From assembly GCF_000181795.1 (NCBI RefSeq), contig NW_003526941.1, positions 8,844,858 to 8,908,857 on the forward strand: DNA of 64,000 nucleotides, in the 5' to 3' direction. The DNA is from Trichinella spiralis (Eukaryota). Both the position numbers and the translations under genes were made by a program. The notes under the pieces were generated by a model, which saw only the letters and a list, made by a program, of their open reading frames with translations, ran no database searches and had not been told where the DNA came from. Positions 28,712 through 41,359 of this stretch are shown piece by piece. Position 1 is the stretch's first letter. The number at the start of each line of letters is the position of its first letter.

Positions 28712-30637
28712 ATGTTTTTACCTTGCTATATGTATACTTTTGTTTTCTGAATTTTGGCTTCAAATTTACATCTTGAAATGCAGTTGCAGAAAGATATGAA
28801 CATTGGAACGTTGTCGTTGCAAACACGTTTGAAAAGTTTCTTTACCAAAAGTTTGATTTACACATTTTTTTTGCATTTATTTACAAGATTATTGATTGTA
28901 TTATTTATTGGTGAAAATTTATATTTCAGCTTCGGCAGAACGTTTGTGGAAAAGCGTCACTTCAGTGAGCAACGTTGGTCGTAGGAAAGGCCGGGCGCGG
29001 TCGGTGAGAAAAGCGAAAGATTTGAACCGTGGTCAGACGATTGGTTCAGGTTTGTACTTTGTTTTTTTGTTTTGTTTTTTTTAATATTTTTCCCACCATA
29101 CATGGAATGGTTCAGGAAAAATTAATACCCTGTGGCCCGGCTTGAATTCGGCACTGACCATTGGTCAGCAAATGTTGGAGCCGAAATATTTGCCGCCGGA
29201 TCCTGAACGTGAACAAAAGCTGTTGAAGCTGCGCGAAGTGACCCGAGTGAGTCGTTTGAAGTTGCATCCGTTGGAAAGGGGCTGGTCTGGGACTTCGTTG
29301 AAAGGTCGTAAGCTTGGTCCTCCTCCATGTATTGCGGAACGTGCGTCGTTGTTGTTTGCTTTTATTCTTTTTATGCTTATGACTGAAGGGAGTGGTACCT
29401 TTTTTGTGTTTGATTTTAGAAGAAAATTCCGATCAATTCAAGACAGTTGTTCTGGAAACGAAATCGGTGCGTCACATGACTGCGAGGCTTGGTCAAGTGA
29501 AGCGGATCAGTCTCTTAGCTGTAGTTGGTAATGGAAATGGTCTTGCTGGTAAATAAATTTGCATTTTATTACATACATATACATATAAGAACATTGAGAA
29601 GAAATATCATTTTTACACTTGTACTATGTTATTATTATTATTATTATTGTTTTTTTTTAATTATTTTCGGTTTTGCATTTGCGAAAATGCTTGAATCAAA
29701 GGCTGCTTTACGCAAAGCTTCGAATATGGCTGCAAAAAGACTGAGATATATTGAGCGATTCGATAATCACACAAGTAATATTTTAAAAAGAGAACTTTTC
29801 ATTTTTTTTAGTTATGAAATAATATGCTTAAATTGCTTTTTGAAATTAGTTTATCAGGATTTTTGGGCTGAATGTCGTTCAACGCAAATATTTGCGCAAA
29901 GAATGCCAGAAGGTTATGGTTTGCGCTGTCACCGGGCATTGAAAAGCATTTGTGAGTTGGTTGGAATAAAGAATTTGTACGCCAAAGTCGAAGGCAACAC
30001 TCGTTGCTATCAATCATTGACGAAAGCTTTTTTCACGGGTTTGCTAAACCAGGAGACATACCAGCAGTTGGCTGATCGTAAGCGACTGTTGGTTGTGGAA
30101 TTTGCAAAAGAAAAAGACTACTTTCCAAAAGTGATCGCTAGACCATCTGGGGAGGAATCAGTTAGACGAGATTCAGAAATTGACAAAGACGAAGTATAAT
30201 CTAGCAGTTGATGTTCCAATTACCTCAACAAATTTGTCGTCTTTTATCAAGGTATTGGATGTGGACGATCTTTACGGAGAAGGTCGATATCCGTACAAAA
30301 GACCCAAGCGAAAGCCCTTTTGGATCAACCAAGCAGGATATTTGCACAAACTATGGAAAGAGCACCCAAAACGTAACATGGACGAAGTCAAGGTTATCAG
30401 TGTCTTTTTTTTTTCTCTTAGTGGATTATTTATATTTTTTGACTGAAAATTTTTGTTTCTCTTATTTCTTTTCAGATACGTCTCTTGGCTGAAGGCATTA
30501 TAGCGGACGATACAGTTGAAAGTAGAGTATTGAGACGAGATCAAGAGCAGAGACTTGTTGTTGAAGGCGAAATTCCATTGCCTATAGGAATAGGTCTTAG
30601 TGAAGTGAGAAAAGAGACTCTGAACAGTGATCAATGA
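28712..30637 (+). CDS. MRPS5: Mitochondrial ribosomal protein S5 (uS5m), multi-exon; start approximate
   Basis: LWKSVTSVSNVGRRKGR..KDLNRGQTIG, LHPLERGWSG, VVGNGNGLAG, PEGYGLRCHRALKSICELVGIKNLYAKVEG; last exon ends ...LNSDQ*. Confidence 0.93.
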
Positions 30638-30972
30638 TATTCTGTGAATTGGAGAATGTAGTGGGAATTTGACTTACGGTGACTCAATTTTTATGTAAAT
30701 TGATGAAAGAATTTTGCAAAAAAATGCATTTAGAATAAAAATTCTCAAAAAATAAACTATAAACATTTCGTTTAAAAAATAATATGCGGCACTTGTTGTG
30801 AAGTTCAACGTTTATTTGTTTATTGGAACTTAAACATCATTGAAGTACGGTAACTATATTTCTTGCAATTCAATTCAGGTTTTTGTACTTGGATGCGGAA
30901 GCGAGAAAATTGAACAAAATATAACAAATGAAATTTATTTCGCCTGTCTTGGGTTTACCGAACAAGTTCAGA

Positions 30973-33900
30973 ATGTTAGCTGTTGTTCGGAAGCAGACAG
31001 CATGTTTGCGAATGTGTTCCGATTTGTTCCAGCCGGACAGTCTGTTCACGCCGAAGCCGAGAAAAGTGAAAAAAACACGCAGTCGTGCGTTCAGTTTGGT
31101 TAGAGGGGTCGAAACGGAAAAATTAATCGGTATGCAATTTTTTAATTGTTCTTTTCCTTGAATCTGATGTTCAAAGAGCACGAATCACTTTGAACATGTA
31201 CACAACACTGTTCAACATTAGACTTTGTGTTTTCTATGTAATGAAGAGAAATTTAAAAATACAACTCAAATTAAAAAACAATGCGGTTAAGTGCAACACT
31301 GAGTTTGGATATTTTGAAAATTTTCATTTAAATATTTGTTGTCTCGATTGTTTATTGACTGGTAAATTGAAAGTGGCATTCAAGTCGAAATTCTCAATTT
31401 TTTCTAGTCAAATAATATTCTTTTTTACGTTGTTCTTCTTTTCATTCTGACCAAAGTTATGCACTACCCTGTTCAACACAAAGTTAAGTTATATATATAT
31501 ATATTTTTTTTTTGTTACGTTAAATTTAAAAATTCTATTCAGATCGAATCATCGATCAGTGCAGCAGCAGAATATCAGAATCAGAGACGGTATTTTGCCT
31601 TTTCAACCCTGGTGCGAGCGATCTTCCACTTAAATTATTTGAAGCGGGAGCAAAAAGAATGATCATCTTAGAGTCGGATATTGAATTCGTCAGCCAATGG
31701 CAGGTGAGTTGCATTTCATGATAAGTTGCATGAAATTTACATCTTTTATTAGTGACATCACTGTTTCGTAATTTAAACACGTTGTTAATTAAAATTCAGA
31801 TACAGTAAGAGGAAATGGAACAGATAATCAAGTAAATACGTTTTATTTTTGATCTTCGTTTGAAGCATCACTTTTGTGTGTGAATTTTTTTTCTCACTGA
31901 ACTTATGCTTTGCTCAACCATTGTTTGTTAAAAATACGCTCATTATTTGGTCTTTCATATTTTTTCTTACATATCTTATGACAAATTTAAGATCTTTATT
32001 AATTTATGGGTTTTTTGTTTAAAATTGCTGTCATTTATGTGAGTATTCATCATGAACTCTAATACTAATGAACTGAGCGTGAATATAAGACGGCTCTTGA
32101 TAATTCGGTGATCTTATTTTCAATTTCAACAAACTTTCATGATTATTAATTGTGGGCTAATTTTCATCATTTATTCATTATAAATGATGTTGAAAATGAG
32201 AGCATTACACAGAAAAATTGAAAGGCAGTATGAGCGTGAGAATTGGCTGCTTTAGAATTGTCTGCTGATGTTTCCGTAAATGAGTTTTTGTCGTATTCAT
32301 CCAGTAAATAATCGGTCATGAATGAATTTTCCATTTCATAATTTACCGCCTCGTCCGATTGTTCCATCTGTTTGTCATCCAAAACGACCAATTTGACAGT
32401 AGTGACCGTTTCAGTGATCGCTAGACCATCACGCTGAGAAATTTTCACATAACACGTCCAAAAGCCGCTGTCGTCGGCAGTGGTATTAATTATTTCCAAC
32501 CAAAACTGAGCGTCAGGTTCGTTGTAATAGAACTGATAACGATGTGCATTGGATAGGATGTCAGCTGTCAGCGTTTGGCCATTACGACGTTGGCAGATCT
32601 CGTCGAGATTTCGGTGAATCACCGCATTACCACGGTCCAATTTCAGCCATATTGCATTGTCCAATGTCCACGTCACCACATAGCTCATACGATTGTGATA
32701 AAATTGCGCATCGGCACTGATCTGTGTGGAACAGTTGAAACGCCAGCCGTAACCATTCTGGACATAAGCCACGTCTTGAAAAATTGCAATCAAAGCAAAA
32801 GAATAAACAAAAAATTCAATAATCACACTAGATTTGCTAAACGAATAAGACTGAGAAGCGCATGCTAATCTATCCTGAAATGCAACACTGGAGCTCTTTG
32901 TTTTTTTTTCAATGTGATTTTGATGCAGAAAAAGCATTTCCTGCCCTGTTGGGGTTTTTCTTTCATCTTTGAAAATGTCGAAGCTCAGAAGTGATCTTTC
33001 CGAGTCCATTATCGACGCTGATTCTTTGAATGTGGCGTCAACCTCGCGGCCAGTTTGGAATCGATCAGCTCAGATTGATTGATTGTTCAAAGAAAGAAAG
33101 ATTGAAAACTATTTAAAATATGCTATTGCTTTTTCTCAAATTCATAGATATATGCTTATGTATGTATATATGTATGTATGTATGTATGTATATAAGATAT
33201 ATACGCGTACTCATTTGCTTTTGCTCTTGAACTGAAGCTAGAGGAATTTTGCGTTAATGAAAAGAGAAAAGTTGCATCAGAATTTAGAAAACCTATGATG
33301 CTGTGAAGATGGCTTGATTACTGCGTGGCATTGAATGAAGAATGCAAGCTGCACCGACTTGTGTGTGTGTGGATAGGAATTTAAATTTTTAGCATTGGAA
33401 AATAATAAATTTACATATCCAATTTCAAAACTTGAAATTCGGTCTTCAATGGAAACAATCGATGAAGCTTACTTTTGTTGTTGGTGTTGTTTGCGTTGAC
33501 TTTGGGCAGCATGTAGGCAAATTTGGCTAGTGCTGTTGCAGTGCAGATGTTGATTATTAGACCAAGCCGCAGCACTGGAGACTGCATACGGCAGACCCAG
33601 AGGAATGGCGCGCCTTCGGGGCAGGGGGTCTTTGCAATATTTGAGACGGTTGGCTGATTTATCTGAGCGATGGCTCTAGCTTTGAGCACGACTAATGAGC
33701 TAGCTGTCTTGCGAATGAGCGTCTTAACGATTTCTCTTTTCCACAAATTCACCACTTTTTCATTCTCACGAACAAGCGTTGTAATAGATTAAAAGGTAAG
33801 GTACGATCAAACATGCGACAAATTCATTCTCACTGTATCCGGTCGATTATTTCTCGGTTCCATTCAAGCGGTTTTTATTTGCAGCGTTTTGCTAGACAAA

Positions 33901-35657
33901 ACAAGTCGCGTGTTTGGACGTACAATTTCGACTTTGGTCGATTGAACGAATTGACGGTGAAATTTTTCCGAAAAAATCAAGTCTATCCGTTGCACGGCTT
34001 TTTGGAAGCTTGTGCAATAAATCCTGATCCACAGTGGACTGCCACAGGCGAACCGACTGCAACCAACAGAGGTAAGTGGAAACTTCAAATGAACAACAAT
34101 GCTAGCATCGTATTTATGCAGATTATTTTCTAAAAAAATAACAATAAAAAAAGAACTAAAATTAATTACAAACAATTTCGAAGAATTATTATCTTTGTTG
34201 TTGTTGAAATATATTTTCCAATGCGCTGAGCTTAAATGTTTTTGTGCACTGTGAGCATTTTAGCAAAATATCCTACTGTCTGATGCGCAGGTTTGCAGTT
34301 TTAATTTCAAATTATATTTTGAAAATAATGATTTCTTTAGAATGAAACAATCGTTTGTTCGTTTGTTGTGATATTTTTCACGAATAAAATAAATAAATAA
34401 ATAATAAGGCAAAATTATAATTTTTTAAGATGATCGATTCAGCTAATAACAATAATAATATCACCTCTTGATAACTCGTTTCTCTCAATGCAGGATTGAA
34501 ATTGATAATAAGAAATTGGATTTCAAGTTTGAAAAAATAATTAAATTTCTTATTAAAGAAACCTTTATCATCAGTGGTGCGAGTCTGTTATTGATTAATT
34601 GAAGCAGTGATTTTTCATTTTGTTCTTTCAGATCCTCCGGTTATGTACATTGGGGTGTTGCCTCCGTTCAACGAACGTTCCACATTTCTGTGTCTTCTGG
34701 CAAACCGAATGATGCGTCAGAACGCTTTCGCCTTTGGGCCATCGGAAATGTTGGTATTTGTTTCCGCACCGAAATACATACTCCTCCGTGCCGACGATGT
34801 GAAATTGCCCAAAATGACTCGTTATCGTTGTCTGCATTATCATCTTTATTTTGATTTTCAGCACATTTTGACGGTGCGTAATAATTGTTGTTGCCATTTA
34901 TTGGAAATTATTTGATGACGTTCACAATTTTCAGGAACCAATTTCAACATTTTATCCGAGCATTTCTGTTCCGAAAAAAATCCAATACAGTTCACTAGTG
35001 GAAAAGGTGAGTTTTATGCGACAGTTTTATTTGCACGCGCTTTTGTTTACATGCCACGCCCAGTTAGTTAGTTAGTTGATAGAATTTGATTATTTGATCG
35101 TCGATTTGCATTGATTATATAATCGCTTGCATTGTTGCGCATTGTATGGAAATTTTTCATTTCATAAATATTTGCATGTTGTTTCTGTTCAGACGTCACT
35201 TGATGTCAATTCTCTGTATTTGGTGCACATGAAGCCTAAATTGAAATTGCCAATAAAGACCGACAATCGAAATGATCTGTCCGTCGATCACGTGCTATCC
35301 GGATTGTCGTTTTTTCACAGACAGCTCACAGCTTCACCGAAAAATACTACAATTGAAGAATTTCTGTCGTGAGTTATTCCTATTTGATCAATAAATAAAC
35401 AAAAATGGATATATGTTTGATGTTTGATCATGCTAACGATGATCGGTTTTTCTTTTAGAAATTTGCTACCGGGCGTGAGACCTTATTTGGAAAACTTTGG
35501 TTATGACTTTTCACAGAAATTGCAATCCATACCAATGGAACAAATTATCAGCATGTATCAGAAAATTATCGACTGGCCAGGTTACACGGAAAGCGGTTGC
35601 AAAGGCGAGGTCGATGATTGGTTAGAGATGATTTGGACTTCTCCAGCGAAAAGCTAA
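30973..35657 (+). CDS. TFB2M: Mitochondrial transcription factor B2-like (KsgA/Dim1 fold), multi-exon with a 2.2 kb second intron
   Basis: Exon 1, 30973-31129: transit-peptide-like MLAVVRKQTACLRMCS. Exon 2, 31543-31703: LFNPGASDLPLKLFEAGAKRMIILESD. Exon 3, 33885-34071: NFDFGRL...PQWTA. Later exons: DPPVMYIGVLP...AFGPSEM, LYLVHMKP, IIDWPGY. Splice phases of exons 1-4 are consistent and the motifs resemble animal mtTFB2. Confidence 0.8.
32167..33587 (-). CDS. Single Ig-domain cell-surface protein with signal peptide and GPI-anchor-like tail, nested in the TFB2M intron
   Basis: First exon MQSPVLRLGLIINICTATALAK...|gtaagc. Ig hallmarks WRFNC...VVTW...FWLEIINTTADDSGFWTCYV...TVKLVV. Hydrophobic C-terminal end NSHAHTAFQFFCVMLSFSTSFIMNK*. 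Confidence 0.8.
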
Positions 35658-35981
35658 TATTCCAATTTGCTTCCGCTTCAAAATATATTTGTAAGCTGCT
35701 TTTTTTTTAATTTTTTAAAATAATTGTCTAAGTTCATGTGGTTTTTTGAAAGTTTTCTGTTTCCTGTTTTGTCTGTTGTTCTTGTAGCAGAGGTTGTTGC
35801 ACAGTTTCTTCAAAATTCAAAATTACGCTTAAGATTAAGAAACAGTTTTGTTTTTATTATTAGAGAACAAATTGACCGGTGCTCTTGAATTGGCTGTTTC
35901 TCGTTTAAGCTTAAGTAAAGCGTGTTGGCTAGTGTTGTTTCTTTCCAAGAGATTCGGGATGTTTTCGTCTGAGACGGTTGA

Positions 35982-38227
35982 TCATGATTTTGCAACTTTT
36001 CTGTATTGAATCACTGAAAATTGTTGTACATTAGGGTGCAAAACAGCAACAACAACAACAACAACACAATTTCATTCATCTTCATTTCATTTGCATAAAT
36101 TCAATTTTGAAAGTTAGAAAATTCTCATTTTCAACTTACTCGAGACAATCTGCTTTTTGAACACTTCCAGCTGTTTTTTAATATCATTCATGAGGTCTTC
36201 TTTGAATGATTGCAAAAAATTATTATTGTTTTCGTGATTTGTAGTGGATGATTTCTTTGTAAAAGAAGAGAAAGGAAAATTTTCATGATTATCATTAATA
36301 ATTTTTTCAATTGCTTCATCGATCGAAGCAGTGATTTCAATTATAATATACTTACATTGCAACAACGGGGTCGATTTGCTCTGTTGCAAATGTAAAATCC
36401 GTTCAATATTAGCGACGATGCACACGGGGGTGTGGTGTACTCTTTTGACCGGTTTACACTGCTTGTCTGGGATTCTTGAAATGAAAAAAGCCCACTGATC
36501 ATCATTTTAATACAGGTTTTACGATCTCGTTTATAGAAGTTATATATACATGTCTACTATTCTTCGAAAAATTGAAACTTCTGAGCGCTTAAAGTTTATT
36601 ATAACCATTGATCTATTTAGTTTTCTTTCTGTTGTTCTGCTACAATTTTCTACTCACTACATTTGTATTTAGAATGTTAAAAAAAAATAATAATCCCACA
36701 GTTGAAACATTTCCCGTGTTCAAAAAAAACTTTTAAAATAATCATAGTGTTTGTGATTGTTTAAAAACGCAGATAAGCAATTAAAAGTGATGGTTTTTTT
36801 GAAAAACTTCAGGCGTATCACTGTTGTCAAATTAGATGACCCAAAATGATTGGGCACTTGGGTAAATTAGACCATTTCTTATTAAACGGAATTTTTAATC
36901 GTTTCAAATTTATATCAGTAATATAAAATAAATGGAAACTCACGGGATTTTTTCCTTTCCGTTGACAGTCTTGGGGCTTTCGCGGTGGCCATTGTTGTCG
37001 TGGTCGGTGGCGACTTGCTTTTTGGTATTGGGCGTGGTTTCGTGGTGGTAGTGGCGGTGGTGGTGGTTGTCGTGGTGGTGGTGCATGCCTCCTTTGTCTC
37101 TTTGGCTAGAAAGAAATGGCTAATTTTTTGTTGATTTTATAAATTAAAATTAAAATTGTATAATTCTTACTAATCGGTGGTGTTTCAGTTACTTTCTTGG
37201 CAGCAGCTTCTGCCGTAGTAGCAGCACTAATAGTACTGGTAGTTGATGCGGTCGTTGTTGGGGATGGTGTTGTTATCGGTGTTGTTGAGATCAGTTCTTC
37301 TTGAGTTGTGCTTTTGTTGATCAAAAGCAGCGTTTCAGTACTGAGAAGTTCACTTTCTGTAGACAACAGCTTCTCAACACTGTCAGCTTGACGACAAAGG
37401 AAATTCAATTAGGTTTATTGTCATGAATCAGCGTAAACATTATTTTCATATTTGTACTTAAAATTTTAATTGAACAGGTTCATCGGCTAGTGTTGTTGAT
37501 ATTTTACAGCACTTATCAAGTTCTTTTGTTAAAGACACGCCCATTATTTAGTTAAAGAGCTCCCAATTGATCGTGTATAGTTAGTTTCGCATCAAGGAAG
37601 CTGCTGCTCGTGCTAGTGAATGCATGTCTCAACTACTGATAATTGGCCTGTCTCATCGGGCCATTTGTCCATTTGCTTTGAAAATTTGTTTTCGGATTTA
37701 AACCCAACCAGTTTCGTTCATATATTTTAATGAATACAAAAGAAAAACACTTCAACAGTCGACCTGATTGCTTTGGACAAGAAGAAGCGATTTGTAAACA
37801 TCTTAATTCAAACTCTCCAACAAAAGGCAAATTAGTCCTTTTATTCTGATGGTGTTTTCCATTCCCATTTTCTTCCATTCACTGCTCACTTTAAATAATA
37901 ACCCGAAATTTTGATTGAACAGCTTTTTCATCCATTCTGCAATCAGAAAATCACTATCCACCGGCTTAACAACCTTGCATTTGTGATCCGCTTTGGTTTA
38001 CAGTAAGAAAAATGACAATCACGTACATTTGTTTTGTTTCGGAATTCGTGTTGTCCGAACGGCGCGAAATTACAATCCACTTGTACGAGAGAGATTGTAT
38101 CGTATTAAATTGCACAATCAGACAAATTTTTACTGACCGCTTGTTTGGAACTGTTCCTATTTGTCTTTGATGATTGGTTCAACGGAAAAAAAGTTCTTCT
38201 CGCTGAGGTGGGAAAATTGAACACCAT
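35982..38227 (-). CDS. Uncharacterised Thr/Pro-rich protein with a C-terminal coiled coil; 5' exons uncertain
   Basis: GT/AG-bounded exons near 37170-37386 (ISTTPITTPSPTTTASTTST), 36943-37106 (CTTTTTTTTATTTTKPRPIP) and 36140-36260 (FLQSFKEDLMNDIKKQLEVFKKQIVS); last exon ttttcag|...MIQYRKVAKS*. Confidence 0.55.
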
Positions 38228-41200
38228 CTCCCAATCCCGTGCACTATTGTCACCAGTGTCCTAGTCGGCTGGTGTGTGAACAATGCTAGCAGCAGAGGGA
38301 ATTTTAACAACACTTTTACCATGCACTTCAACTAATGAAAAAGTGCTTCAAAAATTCTACTCGCGCCTAATTGCGTTGATTGTTTATGTTTTTGTTTATT
38401 ATTTATGTGAAAATAATGGAGAGTTTTCATTTGATGCTAATGTTTATACTGAGTGATGTGATGTATATATAGTGTTTGATGGCGCTTCAGTTTTAGAATG
38501 ACTAATTAGTTGTAAATTGGTTCGTTAAATTTTGATCAAGTGTAAAACAATTCATCATTAGAGACAGTTTGACAGTGAACATGTAGTTTCCATGTCATTC
38601 GAGTTGAGAGTTCAATTAAGAATCGATAAGTGGGTCTGTAAGTGTAAGTTGAGATTGAATTAAGCTGAATGATTGGTGACTGAATAACGAACAAACGCGC
38701 AGTTTGTAATTTTTCAATATTATTGAAAAATTTGGAAGAATTCCTCTTCCCCCAGTTTGCCCCATCATTAAGTTACATTTAGAGATGGAAAGTTATGAAA
38801 AGTTGTCAGGTGGTGGAGAATCAGTATTGAAATAACAGTGAAAGTGAAAGTGATCGAGAAAAAAGTAAGTGATCGAATTAGAAAAGCAAAGCACGTACTT
38901 TTATTTTTTGGCTTCAACGCAATTGGTCCACCGAGGCCTTCCAAAAATTCACTCTCTCGGCGGTGCCGAATCTGTAACGAAGTGAGCGTTTATTGGTCAA
39001 TTGGAGATTTTTTTTTCTGTTTTCATCTTTATGCAAATACACACCGTTCGTGGGTGATCAGCAGCAGCTATCAGAGCTGGTAAAAGCAGTACCAGCAGAG
39101 CCGATCGTCGTTCGAGTTGGTTGATCATTGTTGTATTGGCGTATTTTTGTTGTCGTTTCTGCTTGTACAGTGCGACGAGATATGTATGCCCGGATGCTTT
39201 TCGTGCTTAGCAGTGGAGAAGTTGGACGTCTGCGCTTTGCTTGGTAAAGTCTTAAATAGCTGATTCTGGAAACGAGTTCTCCTTCTGACAGCATTCTTCA
39301 TGCCCTTCGGCTCAGACGACGGTTACAACCGGTGACCGCAATTGGGTCCTGTTTTCTAGCAGAATGTTGCCCTAGGATCTATCACAACTAGGTTCATGTT
39401 CTTTTACTTGCTAGCAGTAGTATCTGTTCTCTGTTTCACTATGCACCTTGCCGCGTATCTCGATCAATACTAATTTTTCTTGGGAAAAATTATTATTATT
39501 CTTCTTTTTTTTCAATTTTATTTAAAATTAATTTTTAGCATACTACGGAATAAAACTAATTTTACAATATAATTTTTTTTCAAAGAATAATATTTTTGGT
39601 TTTTTGGTCATTGGTCAGTAATAAGATTATTAATTGTGTTTGTTCATCAAGCTGTATCATATTCGTGTATGTAAGTTATTTTTTTCCTTGCTTGTTTTAT
39701 TTGCAATACTCAGGCCAAGGTAAGAAGTGATGATTGTGTGCTGATTTTGCGATGCTTGAAAACGCGGTGTCGTATTTTGATGAAGGACAGAAAAATGCTG
39801 TTTTCACTAGTGTCGTCTGAATGGGGGGACTTTTTATTGCAAAACATTATCTACTTTAAGAAGAGCAGGTATTGCTGTTTTTTTTGATTGGTAAATTTAA
39901 CAAAAAAATTTGCCTGTTATTTTCTATTCAAACTCGACGCTGCTGTATAATATAATGAATGCTGCGACATTGTTCTCTCTCTGCAAGAAGAAGTGAACAA
40001 AAATAAGACAAGAATCAACGAATGACGCCGCATTTTGCGTACAGTTTGTTCCACGCGAAGTGACAACGTACAGATAATAATAAGCTTTTGTCTTCTTGTT
40101 TGTCTTTGCTTGCACTTTTGGGCATCGATTAAGAATTGCATGTAAACATAAATTTCAAATGAGCAACTTATTTATTTGTGCGACAATTTTCTCCACGACA
40201 TTCAACGACTATTATTTATTATTGTTATGTTTGAGAAGAAGAAGAAAAAAAGCTTCATGCTTTTCATTTTGTTTCAACTTGCATTTTCAGTAGGTAAAAA
40301 TATTTTCGTCTTCTTTTTTTTTCAATTTCAAATTTCACGATGCCATTGAATTTCTGTTGCAACAGTTGTCGGCCAGTGAGAATCATTTTGATCACACTAG
40401 CAACAATGCATGAGGAAGTATAACTTCTGAAATGTGCTCAATTGGTTGTGAACAACAGCTTCTTCTTTAAGGGAAAACTCGTTACATTAAACCACATACT
40501 GTGAATGAAACTGTCAACCATATAAAGGTCAGTCGACTTTCATTTCGGTTTATACATGTCTGAATTGTTTTTTAATTGTTTTGCTTAGCTCAAAAATTAG
40601 GCTAAGCTCCGGCCAAGTATTTTCAACGTCTAATTTATTTACGTCATTTATTAATTTTCTTATAATTGGAAAAAAAACGGTATATTTTTAAAAATGATAA
40701 TCGATGACTGCTGTTGTTCAGGTTCAGGTGACTATGGAAGGGAGGGGTGGGGCGATGAGTGGAACTGCAACAGCAAATCTCGCACAAGGTTGGTTGGAAA
40801 TAAGTATTCAGAAATTGATTTCCAATTATTACACGTCATGTGCTGTTGACAGTTTTTAGCAACAGTTTGCCTGGGTGTAGTACTGATGTGGAAAATGTTG
40901 TGCTTGAGCGAGTTTTCATGCTTTTTTTGTGTTTTCGCTATTTTTTGCTTTGTGATGTGGGAAACGATTGGAAGACGTCGTCGGTCGAGGCTGTTCGTGT
41001 CGATGTAATTAACTGTTCAATTGTTTGAGATGTTTGGAGAAAAAAACAGACGGAACCACACGCAACTGGACCATTCTGATGGAACGAACCCGTTTCATAT
41101 GAAAAAGGAAAACGTGAGAACATAGGGAGACAGCTAGAGAGGGAAGGAGGGCAGGTGGAAATTTGAATACAAGCTCACGACTGGCACTCGGCAGTTTGGG

Positions 41201-41359
41201 AGAAAAATCAACCTTAGCTGTAGATTGAAACTGAATAGTTGTCAGTCAGATAGTTGAACAATAGCATGCAAACGAACGAACATTTGTGTGTTTGTGTGGA
41301 AAGAGTGGGAAAAATAATTCAGAAAATCAGATTTGTACTGGGATGATTGTATTTTGTGA

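Noticed and set aside
33813..33884. ATG at 33813 as the TFB2M start
   Set aside because: It lies before the acceptor at 33884, and the motif I exon is upstream at 31543-31703.
37633..37878. C-type lectin-like WLGL...KWTNG motif
   Set aside because: The surrounding cysteines and exon joins could not be assembled; the apparent FLC terminus falls in an intron.
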